Shown here piece by piece: positions 51,857-64,000 of a DNA stretch of 64,000 nucleotides. Each line of letters opens with the position of its first letter. Within the stretch, counting starts at the first letter, position 1. The notes below the pieces were generated by a model. It did not search any database and was not told the DNA's origin. It worked only from the letters and a program-made list of their open reading frames with translations. The stretch is from Hormiphora californensis (lineage: Eukaryota; Animalia; Ctenophora). The translations under genes were made by a program, and so were the position numbers. Where the stretch lies: positions 8,060,001 through 8,124,000 of the forward strand of contig CM035351.1 of NCBI GenBank assembly GCA_020137815.1, read 5' to 3'.

Positions 51857-53600
51857 GTTTAGGATTTTAAAACCCCCCAAATTTTTTATTAAAAAACCCA
51901 ATTCTAGGGTTTTTCCGGGGCCCCCTTTTAAAAAAAAGGGGTTTTTTTAAAGGGGGAAACCAACCCCTTTTATAAAATTTTTTTTCAAAATTTTTTAAAA
52001 TTCACCAAGGGGCAAAATTATACTCGGAAAAAGATAACCGTTCTTAAAAAAGTTTTAAAAAACCCCAAAAGGTTTTTAATTTAAAACCTTTTTTTAATTT
52101 TAAAAAAAAAAAAAAAACCCCAAAAAATTTTTTAAAAAAAACCAAAGGGGAAAAGAGGGTTTTTGCCAAAAAAAAAACCCCAAAAAAAAAAAGGGTTAAA
52201 TCTTGAAGGGGGAAAAAAGTGAACCCAAAACCGGCCCAAAACGAAGCCTAAAAAAAGAGGATTTGGGAGAAGGGAAAAACCTAGAGTCTTTTCGAGGAAA
52301 TAAATTTTTAAAATTTAAAATAGAAAATTCTATAAAATTAACTTTTAAAAAATAATAAAATTTTAAAAAAAAATTTTAAAAACTTTAAAAAAATTTTAAA
52401 AAAAAAAAAATTAAAAATTTTAAGGTATGAGAAACGATAACAGTTTTTGAATACCCAATTTAAATTTTTGTTTTGGGAAAAGGGGATTAAAAACCCTTTT
52501 AAACCTTAAATTTTATCAGGGGTTGGGAAAACTTCCCCCGTTCCGGTTTTATATTTTTCTATGGTAAATTTTAAACCAATTTTTTTTTTGGTTTTTTTTA
52601 GTCTGAAAAAAATAGGGATTTAAAAAAGATTGGAAATTTTTAAAATTTAAAGAAAAAAATCCCCCTTTTTAACAATTACATTTTTCCCCCTTTTTTGTAC
52701 CCGGCCCCAAAAAATTTCCAAAGGACCCAAAAAATTTTTACCCTTTAGGGGATCTTATTTTTAACGATGGGGGGAAAACCGGGGGTGGGTAGAAAGAGCC
52801 AAAAATTTTGGGGTTTTGGGCCCCTAAAAACCCCCCTTTTAAAAAAAGTGGGTCACGATCTTACATTTTTTTAAGGTTTTGAAACCCATGGGGTAAATAA
52901 CACTTTTAAATCACCCTTTTGGGGTTTGTTTAAACCGGGGGTCCCCGGGGTCAGGGGCTATTAAAAGGGTTGAACGACGGCCCGGGAAATGTTTTGAGAA
53001 ATTGGCAAAAAGGGGTTTGCAGTTCCCTTGGTTTCGCCAAATTGAAAGGGGAATTTTTTAACCCCGGTTGCCCGGGGTTTTTTGGGGGGTGAAAGGGGGG
53101 TTTTTTTTTTATTTTTCTTGGGTATCCTTTGGGAAAATAAAAAAAAAGTTATTTGTGTCCAAATTTCCGAAAAAAAACCCGTTTCAAAAATTTCAAAGGA
53201 TTTTTTTACTTGGGGAAGGAAAAAAAAGTAAAAGCTTGCTAATTTTTGTCTTTGTTAAAAAAATTTTTTTTCAAAGTTGATTTTTTAAAAAACCCCAAAC
53301 CCCTTCCAAACCCCCTTTTTAAATTTTGAAAACTAAAAAAAACAAAATTTGGCATAAAAATTCTTTATGATAAAAAACTATTTTTAACTAGGAAAGGGGG
53401 GTTTGAAATTTTTTTTTTCCCCCGGGAAAAATTTTAAGTCCTTTTAAAAACCCCAACTTCCCGAAACAAAACCCCCATTAAAAAATAATTTAAACTATTA
53501 AAATTTATCATTTTTTGTTCACCGTAACGGGGGAAATTTATTTTAAAAGATAAAATGGGTTTTAAAGAAACTTATGTTTAAATTCCCCCTTTTTGTTAGC
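39420..53600. other. Low-quality, homopolymer-inflated sequence (probable unpolished or low-coverage consensus)
   Basis: Abrupt switch to runs of all four bases; ORFs dominated by F/K/G/P codons; short islands of normal-looking sequence remain. Confidence 0.85.
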
Positions 53601-53692
53601 AATATTCCAAAATCCCAATCAGGTGCCATGTATACCATTAACACCTTCAATTGATCATCTTCCTATAGAGCTCGGTCTATATCCCTGAATAT

Positions 53693-55135
53693 CTAAACGG
53701 AATCAGAATCCTCATCCTCCGTGGGTTCCAACCGACTGTGCCGGCCACTGTTAACCGATGCTTTGTCCAAAACAGAGCGAGGAACACTCAGCAGGTCTGC
53801 TGTTTTCCCCGCCAAATTGCCCAAAGGGAGACTATGATACCGACTGACCCCGGCGGCAGTTGCCCCGTTACCATTGACCGAGACCACAAAGCCCTGAACA
53901 GAGGGCCCAAAAATGGCGGATATCTCTGCGATATACTGTCTAGAACGGAAAATATAGATAAGGGGATTGACGGCACTGTTTAGATAGATCAACATTTCTG
54001 AAAGGGAGCGGAAGTAAAACATCGCTTCGGGTTCATCCCGCCCAGTTTTGAAGAACACCTGTACATACCGGGGGGTATAGCAAATGGTGAAGGCCAAGAC
54101 TACAATTAGAGCGGTCCTCGAGGCTCGTTCGAGGGAGGCAGTGTTACCTAGGTTCTGCTGGCGGCCCTTTGCAGCCAGTTGGTGGAGTTTGATGATGTTT
54201 ATTACGGAGGTGGATGCCAGGATTGCGTTGGAGATGAGAAATGTGGGGAAGAATATGATATCAACGTAGATGAAGAGGGCTGGTGTGTTTAGAATGTCCC
54301 ACATACAGTAGATAAACATGTTGTTGTAGACATACTTTGTCCCGTAGAAGAAGGGTATGAGGGTGGAAAAGAAACTCAAGGTCCAACTAATCACCTGAAT
54401 TTTAGTGGCATTATTATGGTGTTGTCATCAGACATCATCGGGAGTTATTGTTTTAGGAACGAGATCAACTTTGAATTTCTACTCACTGTGACAATTATTG
54501 AGCGTTGGTAGGTGAGTATTGTCTTGTATTTTAGTGGAAACCGTAGCGCCAGAAATCGGTCGATGGCTATCGAGCACACCGCGAAGAATGATACCTGACC
54601 AAGAGGAGAATCTTTTAGAACCTTTAAAACTTCCCTCTATTAACCACCCTCCCTGTTCATAACCCCCGCTGTGTAGGGAAACTTCCTGCTATATCTGTCA
54701 AACCCGAGAAACCTTTCTAAGTGTCAGCAACAATAATGTGGTTCCATGGAATAGAATCTATATTACTGTGCAATTTGACTGTATAACTTATTCTAGAGAA
54801 TAAAAATCAATAAATAGGGTTTGATAGTTTGTAGAGATGGTATCTCCTTCCGGCTTGGTCAACAGGGACAAAATGAAATTACGGTGTTTTATTAATTAAT
54901 AAAACACCGTAATTTCATTTTGTCCCTGTTGACCAAGCCGGAAGGAGATACCATCTCTACAAACTTTTATCATGCGGCTCATAAACAATTATCCGATACT
55001 TATCCTGAATAGGGTTTGAATTATGCTTATTTTATGTATGCCAAAGATCTAAGGCTCGTCTTTGGAGCGACCGCCTCGTCTTCAGCCATACAGATGTCAC
55101 TATATATAATGACACCTAGCTCTGAGAGAGAGCAA

Positions 55136-55214
<79 letters not shown>

Positions 55215-56119
55215 ATAGAGCTTGAGTAGGGTAGGGATCGCGAGACAGGCAGTCACTTGGAAGGGATCGCAATTGTTGTGAGAGACTAAAGAGGAGCACG
55301 CCACACCACTTTGATGACTTTTGTGGACAGTATAATTTATACACACACACATACAGACCAACACACAGACACATACACATACAGATTTGAAGCAATTGTC
55401 GTTAAGACATCATTTGTTTGGCCATGACATAATTTGTTCCATCCTACCGATTGTAATCTTTACATTCGAAATTTGTAGTCGAAAACATCAAATATGTTAC
55501 CTGTCTGACACAGTAGTACATAACGCCCACAATATTGCAGAGAATGCCACCAAATACCCCGGGTACCGGGTACTCTCGTTTGTTCAGGAGACATGCTACC
55601 ACCACGGGTAATTGGAACGTGCTCAGGGTGAGGTCGCTTAGGGCCTGTGGGGGAAGAGGTTATTGTTTTGTTACAAGGCCTGTGGGGGAAGGTATGGTTT
55701 TGGAGTTTCAAGGCCTGTGGGGGAAAGGTATGGTTATGAAGTTATAGGGCCTGCAGGCTGCAGGGTTATGAGGTGATAGTGCCCGGCCTGTAGTATTATT
55801 CTACAACTATTATAGAGAAAGTTTGATGAGATAGAGATAGAGATGATATAATATGTATAATGAGCTATGAAAAGTAACAGATGATGAATGGTAGAATTGT
55901 ACTTCAGGCCCCTCACAGTACTCACAGCACTTATGACACCTCTTTAGAGGGGGCACCTCCCATGAAAATAGTGGTGTTCCCTACATCTCTGCAGTGTCTC
56001 AGCTCCTTACTCTTTCATCTTTTCTAGATCTCCGCTCTCTTTATATCCCTCTCTCATCTTCTATTCCTTCGTCTCACATCATCCCGTGCTGACCGCATCT
56101 TCATTTTTCTCAATAAATG

Positions 56120-56183
<64 letters not shown>

Positions 56184-56438
56184 TTTTTCTCTCCTTGGCT
56201 CCTTACAGCAGATCCACTAATCTATCTTCTCCCTCAATGCATTATTATGTTCAAAATGGTATGGGTGTAATACCAGGCTAAAGATGAGAACGTTGCTCGC
56301 GAATTTCCTCCTCATCAGCCGAATGCCTGCTACACACATTATCAGGTTACCCAAGAGGGCCACCAGCATCACCAGAAGGTTCTCAACCGCCAGGAAGACA
56401 TCCAAAGTCCGGCTTGATGTGGGCATTGTCCGGTTCAT
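53693..56438 (-). CDS. Class A (rhodopsin-like) GPCR, ~372 aa (exons 56274-56438, 55501-55644, 54487-54594, 53693-54394)
   Basis: TM1 GN (LLGNL), TM2 SLALSDL, TM3 Cys and DRF, TM4 W, TM6 FTICYTP, TM7 NSAVNPLIY; all junctions phase 0 GT-AG; N-terminal NRT sequon. Confidence 0.92.
54826..54965. repeat. 140-bp perfect spacerless palindrome in GPCR intron 2
   Basis: 70-bp arms centred on attaa|ttaat (54895/54896); 12-bp direct repeat aatagggtttga at 54813-54824 and 55008-55019. Confidence 0.92.
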
Positions 56439-57429
56439 GTTGGTAGATCTGCTATAACATAGTGTTAGTGGTTAGTGTGGTGGGAGAAATGGCTCACCCT
56501 AGAACTCCTGCTACTTGAAAACAACATAATAATAATAGCAACTGCCTTTACCGGGAGAGGGAATCTAGATCATCTGGGAATCCAAACAAGAGAGTGAAAA
56601 TGGGCTATATGGAGAGCAGATGTGGACAAAGAGAGCTAATATTGGGACTCAGTTGATATTGCAAAGTTTAGCTTGTGGTAATTGGGATAGAGGTCAGAGG
56701 ACTGTTTTATTGAGAGAGAGGTGAGCGACTAGAGAGATAGAGACATAATGAGAGATAGAGCAAGTGATCAATTGCAAGCCATCCGTATAGTTATTATATA
56801 ATACGTGTAATTTGTAAAAAACCAAAATAGTGAATTGGTAAAAAACCTAGTAAAACTATCTATAAAATCAGTAGACGAGAACGAATTGCACAAGGATAAG
56901 GAATATTAATTTCCATTAGAAATAGCTTTATAAGATAAGAATGTCTCGCACTATCTACTGCTGCAGGCAGTATGACAGATGGATATTGGATTAAAATCCC
57001 ACCCTAGTAAAATATTCAAAGTACGAATGATAGAGTTTAGAATTTGTGTAATAACCTATAGCAGCTGGTTATAAAAAGAACAGAGACAAAACGAAACCAA
57101 TGTATGTATGCAATAATATGATTTTAGTAGTTAAAATGTCTAAAAAGGTAACCACTCCTGTTATATGTCTCGAAAATATAACCACAGTCTCTCCTAATAC
57201 GATACGGGAACTGGGAGGGGGAGCATAGGCGAAGAAGGAGATAAGTTGCCTGGAAGCAAGAGAGATAAGCTGTTTAGATTCGAGCCAGCATCTCTCTCTC
57301 CACATATCAAGCTTTTAATAAGTTGTAGAATCTTCTGGAGTAAGGAGTGGTGGAATAACCCTCGCCACTGCTAGTGTTACTCAATAAGTTTAAGATGGTG
57401 GTTTCATTCATATATGGGTGGGGTATATA

Positions 57430-57603
57430 CAGTCGGACCCCGATTTAACGGCCCCCGATTTAGCGGTACCCCGATTTAACGGCAGCATAATCTTCCCCCG
57501 ATATAGAAAATCAACAGTATTTGCGACCCCGATTTAGCGGACACCCCGATTTAACGGACAAAACCCTTTCCCCCGAGGGTGCCGTTAAATCGGGGTCCGA
57601 CTG
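57430..57603. mobile_element. Tc1/mariner(pogo)-type MITE
   Basis: TA|CAGTCGGACCCCGATTTAACGGC ... GCCGTTAAATCGGGGTCCGACTG|TA; internal repeats of ccccgattta[a/g]cgg. Confidence 0.88.
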
Positions 57604-58441
57604 TAATTTGTTTGTGGGTGGTGTTAAGATTCAAATAATGTGCGATAAACCACTTACTAATTCATTGAAATGACCTACTATTGTCTTCTCAGTAGTGTGT
57701 CTCTTATGAAATGCATTGCTTTCTAATGTCTTTCTCTATAAACGTGCAAAGGTGTGACCAAATTCTATAGCTCGAGTTCTTAATAAGGTCTGAAAAGCTA
57801 CTAAAAAGGGAAACCGGGACTGAAATTGATTGTGTAATGTGTAATGCTGGTAAACTTCGTTTGATTCCTGGGGCTGTAGACATGAAGTTCGAAACAAATG
57901 ACGATAGTCTGAATTATGAAGATATAAATAAAATTAAGCCTAGTAAAACAGACATCATGAAGACCCTGGCCCTGGTATCTCTAGCTGGTATCGAGTCTCT
58001 GAGAGGGTGGTCGTGTCGAGGAAGAGCTCAGTGAGGAAGGACGTGAACAAGTTAAGTATGTTTAACACTATCTGATCTCACGCGGTATGCGGGTAATATA
58101 CAGTATCCATTATATGGGATAATCCAGAACCCTCCACTTACTACTTAGTTGCTGAGTAAGGAAATAAGTTAGTTAACTCTTCAGTTCACCAAAAGAGATA
58201 AAACAGTAGTTAACTATAGTTATAGTAGAAGACACGTGTACAAAATAAAATTGCTCCCGCACTCGATTTTGCTGCACTCGATTTTGCTCAATGTGGTTCA
58301 TATAATATCTCATGTTCCCAGTCAGGGTCTCGTGCGCTCCGCGTACAGAACTGAATTGAGATTTGAAAGAAATTATATAATAGGGTTAGACCAATGCTCT
58401 GACAGCCTGCTCCTAAAAAGCTACCTATAAAAGACTTAAAA

Positions 58442-58601
58442 CCGGTTGCATTTTAAAGGTCTTATCTTTTTCTTCTGCTACTGATAACTAGTGGGGGATC
58501 ACATAATCAATCTCCAAATCCTGATATTGATAAGTATAAGATACAGAAATCGTTTTGATAGCGTTGGAAAGAGAAAGATAAGACCTTTCAAATGCAACCG
58601 G
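58442..58601. mobile_element. MITE-like inverted-repeat element
   Basis: 32-bp imperfect IR ccggttgcattttaaaggtcttatctttttct / agagaaagataagacctttcaaatgcaaccgg. Confidence 0.6.
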
Positions 58602-59052
58602 ACACCGGTTATATAAAGACTAAGCTAATGCTATAGCTTATCAGGAACAGGATATGAATATGAACGAAATAGAGCAAAATCGATTGCAGGTGCGCCTTTT
58701 TGTGCGCAACACTCTAGTAGTATTGTAAATGAATCCGTCAGTTCAAAGACCACCGTGATTCTGGAATACCGTTTCACATTCGGATGGAAAATGTTATTAA
58801 TATGGGTGTGTATGAGAAGTATAAACCTACAATATGGAAAGGTCGAGAACAAAGCAGGAAAGATGATGGAGAGAATGGCCGGGCATGCAATATCAGTTGT
58901 TACAGTCAGGTGGTGGTGGTGATCATGGTCGGAGAGAGAGAGGGAGCTGCAGCAGTAGCGCTCCTCCTAATTACTGAAACATGTCCTTGCGAGAAAATCA
59001 TCAGCCTCCTCCAGTTCTCTCTCCGATATATGATTCAGCTCCTCTTACAACA

Positions 59053-59144
<92 letters not shown>

Positions 59145-59703
59145 CTGTTTCTATCTTTTTTTTTCTTTCTCCCCCTCAATCTGACAACTATACCGCCAGA
59201 TGGTTAATACCGTTCCTCTCCACTCTCGAGAACAAGCAATGTTACATTCCATTGCCAACAATGAGTCAATGTTCGATGAATTGGCCACCAATAATATAAC
59301 TACAGATTGAATGAACGTTTCCAGGTGCACATGTTGGAACTGTTTTATCATCATGGGTCATGACAAAATACACTCTTGTGATCTGCTCTATCTGACCCTA
59401 TTCTTATTTCTTTTAAATAAGCACGCAAGAACCGTGGTCAGAGCATTGGCCTGATAGAATCTGTGTGATCTAAGCAAAATCCAGAAATAGATAATTAAAC
59501 GCTTGGCTAGTATAAGATACTGATATAGAATGTTCCGACAACATTTTGATAGGTACTTTATAGGGGCACGGGGTAGAAACCTATTAGCAATCACGTCATT
59601 GCGCCCCATAGCTGAGAATTCGGAAAGTTATATTTACTTCTGTCAGAGCAATGAACTGGACTGCTAACGAAACAGAGACTAGATTTATTTTTAAGGGACC
59701 AGT

Positions 59704-59965
59704 TAAAGTCGGATTTTTTGAAGTTGTCACCCCCCCCCCCTTGTCGCGCGGCGTCGTATTTGCGTGTGACAGCCCCCACTTGCTCTCACTTTACGGCATA
59801 AAACCGCATATCACCGGAAAAGCATAATTTTGTGAGTCCGTAAAACTTTTGATTGACGAAATCGATCAAGAAACGAAGTCGTGAGAGCCGAAACAAGTTT
59901 CCGACGCGCAAATAAAACATCGCGCGCCACCCAGGGGGTTGACAACTTAAAAAAATCCGACTTTA
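59704..59965. mobile_element. MITE family A, copy 2
   Basis: Same TIRs as 13455-13616 with a longer, different interior. Confidence 0.85.
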
Positions 59966-60207
59966 TAACGCATCATAAATACAACTTAGTGCATCGTAAC
60001 GCCATTACGATCCCGCTAGACATAGAGGAGTGGAATATTTAATAATCATAGGGGGGGGTCTTTATCTAACGTGTATCTCTCGTGATCTCACTCACTATAA
60101 ATAGTCTACGTACAGGTCTCTAACAAACTCAGTCACACACTCACTCATCTCCTCTCCCTCGCTTTCTTATGTTCATAGCTCTGCAACGGATTAACCAATG
60201 ACAAGAT

Positions 60208-60282
<75 letters not shown>

Positions 60283-63200
60283 TCTCGGCAGGTGCAGAGG
60301 ATTTGTTTTCTGGCAAACACTCGCGGACAAAGATTAACGCACGTGACCACTATCCAGTGATTGGAAAATTATCATAAGCTCTATATCTCTTACCCTACTA
60401 CATTATACCGGTGCAGTGGAGATCGAGATCTCGTTCAGCTGTTTTCTATCGAAAATTTTCTTTTAAATACAGTTCAATGTACTAGTATAATTGACTGCAA
60501 TCGCTTGCTATAAAATTAAAATGTTATAACCTCGGCCTCTAGAGGATTAACCAAGGCAAAGTTGGCATGTCATGTGACGCCTCCTATCTCTGATCGGTCC
60601 AGTGCGCTCTGACGCCCCAGACAAGCTCAAATGCATCCGTGATGAAGTTATAATATTATTAGTGTTGAAGTTATAATATAAAAACTTAAGGAATTAAAAA
60701 TCACCCTTATTAGGAAAAAAACTTCCGCGGCGATCGACCAGCTAACCCTTGACTTGTTCAGACGTGTAGGTATTATAGTTTGACAAGAAAATCCCCCCCC
60801 CCCCCCCCCTAGAAAAAGGCAACGGATCTACTACATATTTTTGAGTCCTCCACCCTTTACTCAACAACTGCACATTGAGAAACTTTTGCACGAAGCGATG
60901 AGATAACACAGATACTTTTCACGTAAAAAACTACTTTTATACCTTTATAGTAAAGTTTACTCAGTAAAAGTATTAAAATTGGGCAATGTGCATTACTTAT
61001 CGAGCAGCATATAAAGATGCGAGATATGCGAAAAATACGTCAGCTGCAGTGTTATACGATTGTTGTGGCGAACGTCAATGGCCAAGCCCAAGAAATGAAT
61101 ATGAATGAACAATGTAAGTACATGTTGTTGTAACTTCGAACTTCAAATGATTGAGAACATCTAAGCAGTTTTTTCATGACCAAGTTCAGGATATATGAGA
61201 CGAAGCTTCCTGCGGGCATACAACAAGTTCGGTCAGTATAAGAAGAGTCTCACTATTAGAGGCAAGTGGAGAAAATGGTGTAGTTATATAGTTATACCGC
61301 CAGGGCGAGCAAAGACGAGGAGAAGTAGGGAAGATTCGGAAAAACGATGCTGGATTGAAGTTGACGAGTCTGAACAGAGAGAGAGAGTGAAAGACAGAGA
61401 CATAGAGAAAGTCAAAGAGAGAAAGTCAAAGAGAGATAGAGGAATGTTAGGGAGAGAGAAACTAAAAGATAAGGAGAGAGAGTTAGGGAGTTCCCTCCGG
61501 AACCAGCTGTTTTAAAGCCAGCTCCACACAACGCACTCGATCCTCTCTACATATGCTCGCGGCGCCACACAAAACTATACTTGAGTACGGAGCACGTTTT
61601 GATAGCTGCATTTGGTGTTAACCATTCTAGCTTCACAGTTCACGTGGCTATAAACTGACTCAGGTGTTAAGGGGTACTTCAAGTTAAGTGCTGGTGTGTG
61701 CGTATCACAAACAAGTTGATTCAATGGTATATTATTTTATGCAGTTGCATAACTATGTGAGATTTATTTCGGCGGGAATGTAGATGGTATGTGGTTTCGA
61801 GTTTGAACCAGATGCTATACTGAGCTGAGAGTTTACGATAGAGAGACGTCTAGAGAGAGAAGGAGATTGAGAGAGAGAGAGAGAGAGAGAGAGGGAGTTC
61901 AATCAGTTGTGTTGTAGTTTGCTGTTAATATCGCGGGCTCCGTAATTAGTCTCGAATTTCACGACATAGACTACCGCGACCAACAAACCCCAGCCAGCCC
62001 TACCTACCACCACGGACCAGCAACAAAGGACCAGCCACCTACATCCCCTACCTACATTCTCAAATCAGATAAGATCGTTCATTCTATATTCATTGGTTAC
62101 TATTTATTATTGTTGTTATCCGGTTGTGTTCAGCAGGAAGGGTGGCCAGTATTTAGGGCAAGGCGTCCTCTTATTTCGTGGTCCCTTGGCCTCTGTCTCC
62201 CTCCCTGGGTTGGCTCCAGCTTCTCTGCCCCCTCCTCTTTGTTGTGTTTGTTCATATTCTTTACTGTGCTGGTAAGCGCAAAGTTGTCCTGTCAGCCTTT
62301 CCGTCTTAGGTATCTCGTTTTGGGCTGTTTGGTAGGTGGTCCGACTGGTTGGGGTTCCAGTTCCTGTGTTATATCACACTCACTTTTTAGTCCTTAGAAT
62401 TTAGATCTCACCCACTCACCAGGTCTTCTTTTGGAATTTCCTGTTTTATATTTATTCCTTTCTCATCAAGAGTTGAGTTCTTTCCCTTATAACATGGGTG
62501 CTTGTGGTGGGGGAGCGGTGTCGGTGGGGACCGGTAGGACGGGACGTATCGGAGTACCGGATTGACAGCACGTGTGTCCATTCGACACTGTGGTGTTTGT
62601 CTGTGTATTTCAGGTAGATAATATATATGTATGTACATGTATATATATATATATATATATGTGTATGTGTATGTGTATGTATGTATGTATATGTGTGTGT
62701 CTCGGTGCCCGTTGTGATCGGCTGCCGTGTTGTTCGGGCGCCGTCTTCCCACTACAAGCAGCCATGTAATAATCTTTTTCTCAGCTTCTGTTTTCCAATA
62801 ACATAGGTATTCATCTAACCCTTTCGCTTTTCTCTGTACACCGTACAAGCGTACGCTCTAGACCTCCGAGCATAGTGGCATCCTCATTTGTCTGTTAGTT
62901 GTTAGCAAGTAGCTGAGTTAGGAGAGTAGTAGAGTCCCGAGTAGAACTTCTCTTTCAGGTCCCAGGCGTACAAGTAGCACCGCCCTTTTGACTGACTCTG
63001 GCTGATAGCCTTACAAAGGACCAACTCCATACTGACATGCTACACTCGCAAAGGAAAAACGTTACCTATCCAGACCGAATACTGATTCAATCAGTTGATC
63101 CTGTCAACGGCCCCGGCCCTGCATTCCCTCATGACTAGTTCCTTCCCCTGGTGTTCATCTTTCCAGGGCATCTAGTGATCCCCGCATCGAGTTTACCATC

Positions 63201-63739
63201 GTACTCGTCCCCTTCTCACCCACTTCATCCTACCCCTCCTTCGGTTGCTCCAGTTATCCCTTGGTTCCCTTCTCACCCTCCTGTTCTCAGGTTCAACTAT
63301 CCAGCCCACTCATTTCTATTCCCTCCTCCTCAGGTGTAATTTAATCCAGGGCAGAATTCCTCTCTCCCAGTGTGTAATCAACTGCTCTCCCAACTATGGT
63401 TTAGGCTGATTATGTGACATCGGTCCCAATCGTGATAATTCGTTTACTGGGGACATCCATGTCTGATATCAATTAGCTGGAGATTGCCCCACTGTATACC
63501 CTTCATCTATCTCTGTCTCACTCCCTGGGCCTGCCGCCTAATCTTCTTTCCCTGACAGGGTTACCCTGCTCATATGTCTTTTTCAGTATTGCCCCTAACT
63601 ACCTTTTCCGCCTTTTCCTATTATGGTGATTGTATTTTCCAATTACAAATTATATTTTCAACACTACTTTCCTTGACAGGGCTACCCTGCTCGCATGTCA
63701 CTTTTCGGTGATGGTCCTAACGACCATTTCCGCACCCCC

Positions 63740-64000
63740 ATTGTACCACCCACACCTAGTTCATTTTGCAGTTACCCTGCCTATCATTGTACCAGTCACA
63801 CCTAGTTCATTCGGCAGTTACCCTGCCTATCATTGTACCAGTCACACCTAGTTCATTTTGCAGTTATCCTGCCTATCATTGTACCACTCACACCTAGTTC
63901 ATTTTGCAGTTATCCTGCCTATCATTGTACCAGTCACACCTAGTTCATTCTGCAGTTACTCTGCCTATCATTGTACCAGTCACACCTAGTTCATTCTGCA
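63740..64000. repeat. 46-bp minisatellite running off the window end
   Basis: Unit cacacctagttcattttgcagtta[c/t]cctgcctatcattgtaccagt starting at 63751, 63797, 63843, 63889, 63935, 63981. Confidence 0.95.

Noticed and set aside
40774-53280. F/K/G/P-rich ORFs and G-quadruplex-like runs
   Set aside because: Products of homopolymer-inflated low-quality sequence
53693-56438. Class A GPCR as an opsin or a named receptor
   Set aside because: No Lys at the retinal-binding position in TM7; no family-specific signature recognised
61195-63340. Short ORFs suggesting an LTR element or gene
   Set aside because: No recognisable gag/pol motifs, paired LTRs or consistent splice structure
63655-63670. ttttcaacactacttt resembles my recollection of the ctenophore spliced-leader core
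   Set aside because: Only 16 AT-rich nt recalled from memory, with no leader 3' end, splice donor or Sm site; it needs alignment to the published SL

Overview
Intron-rich eukaryotic (animal) genomic DNA, not prokaryotic. It is most likely from a ctenophore; this is inferred from a QSFGL-amide precursor with acidic, non-dibasic spacers, nested intronic genes and short introns. Content, left to right: (1) a multi-exon MON2 gene on the minus strand, 3'-incomplete, hosting a divergent 3-exon 7TM receptor antisense in one intron, a possible same-strand nested membrane-protein ORF, and transposon-like insertions; (2) a signal-peptide, acidic, single-pass membrane protein; (3) an intronless neuropeptide precursor with 7 QSFGL copies; (4) a 6-exon PptH-like metallophosphoesterase; (5) a very large GAS2-family (CH+GAR) gene with tandem duplicated, probably mutually exclusive exons and a ~4.7 kb repeat-rich giant exon; (6) ~14 kb (about 39.4-53.6 kb) of homopolymer-inflated sequence that looks like a sequencing or consensus artefact; (7) a 4-exon class A GPCR; (8) several MITEs, palindromes, micro- and minisatellites. 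Scattered single-base frameshifts in otherwise intact genes point to an imperfectly polished assembly. All gene models were spliced by eye and family calls rest on motif recognition, not database searches.
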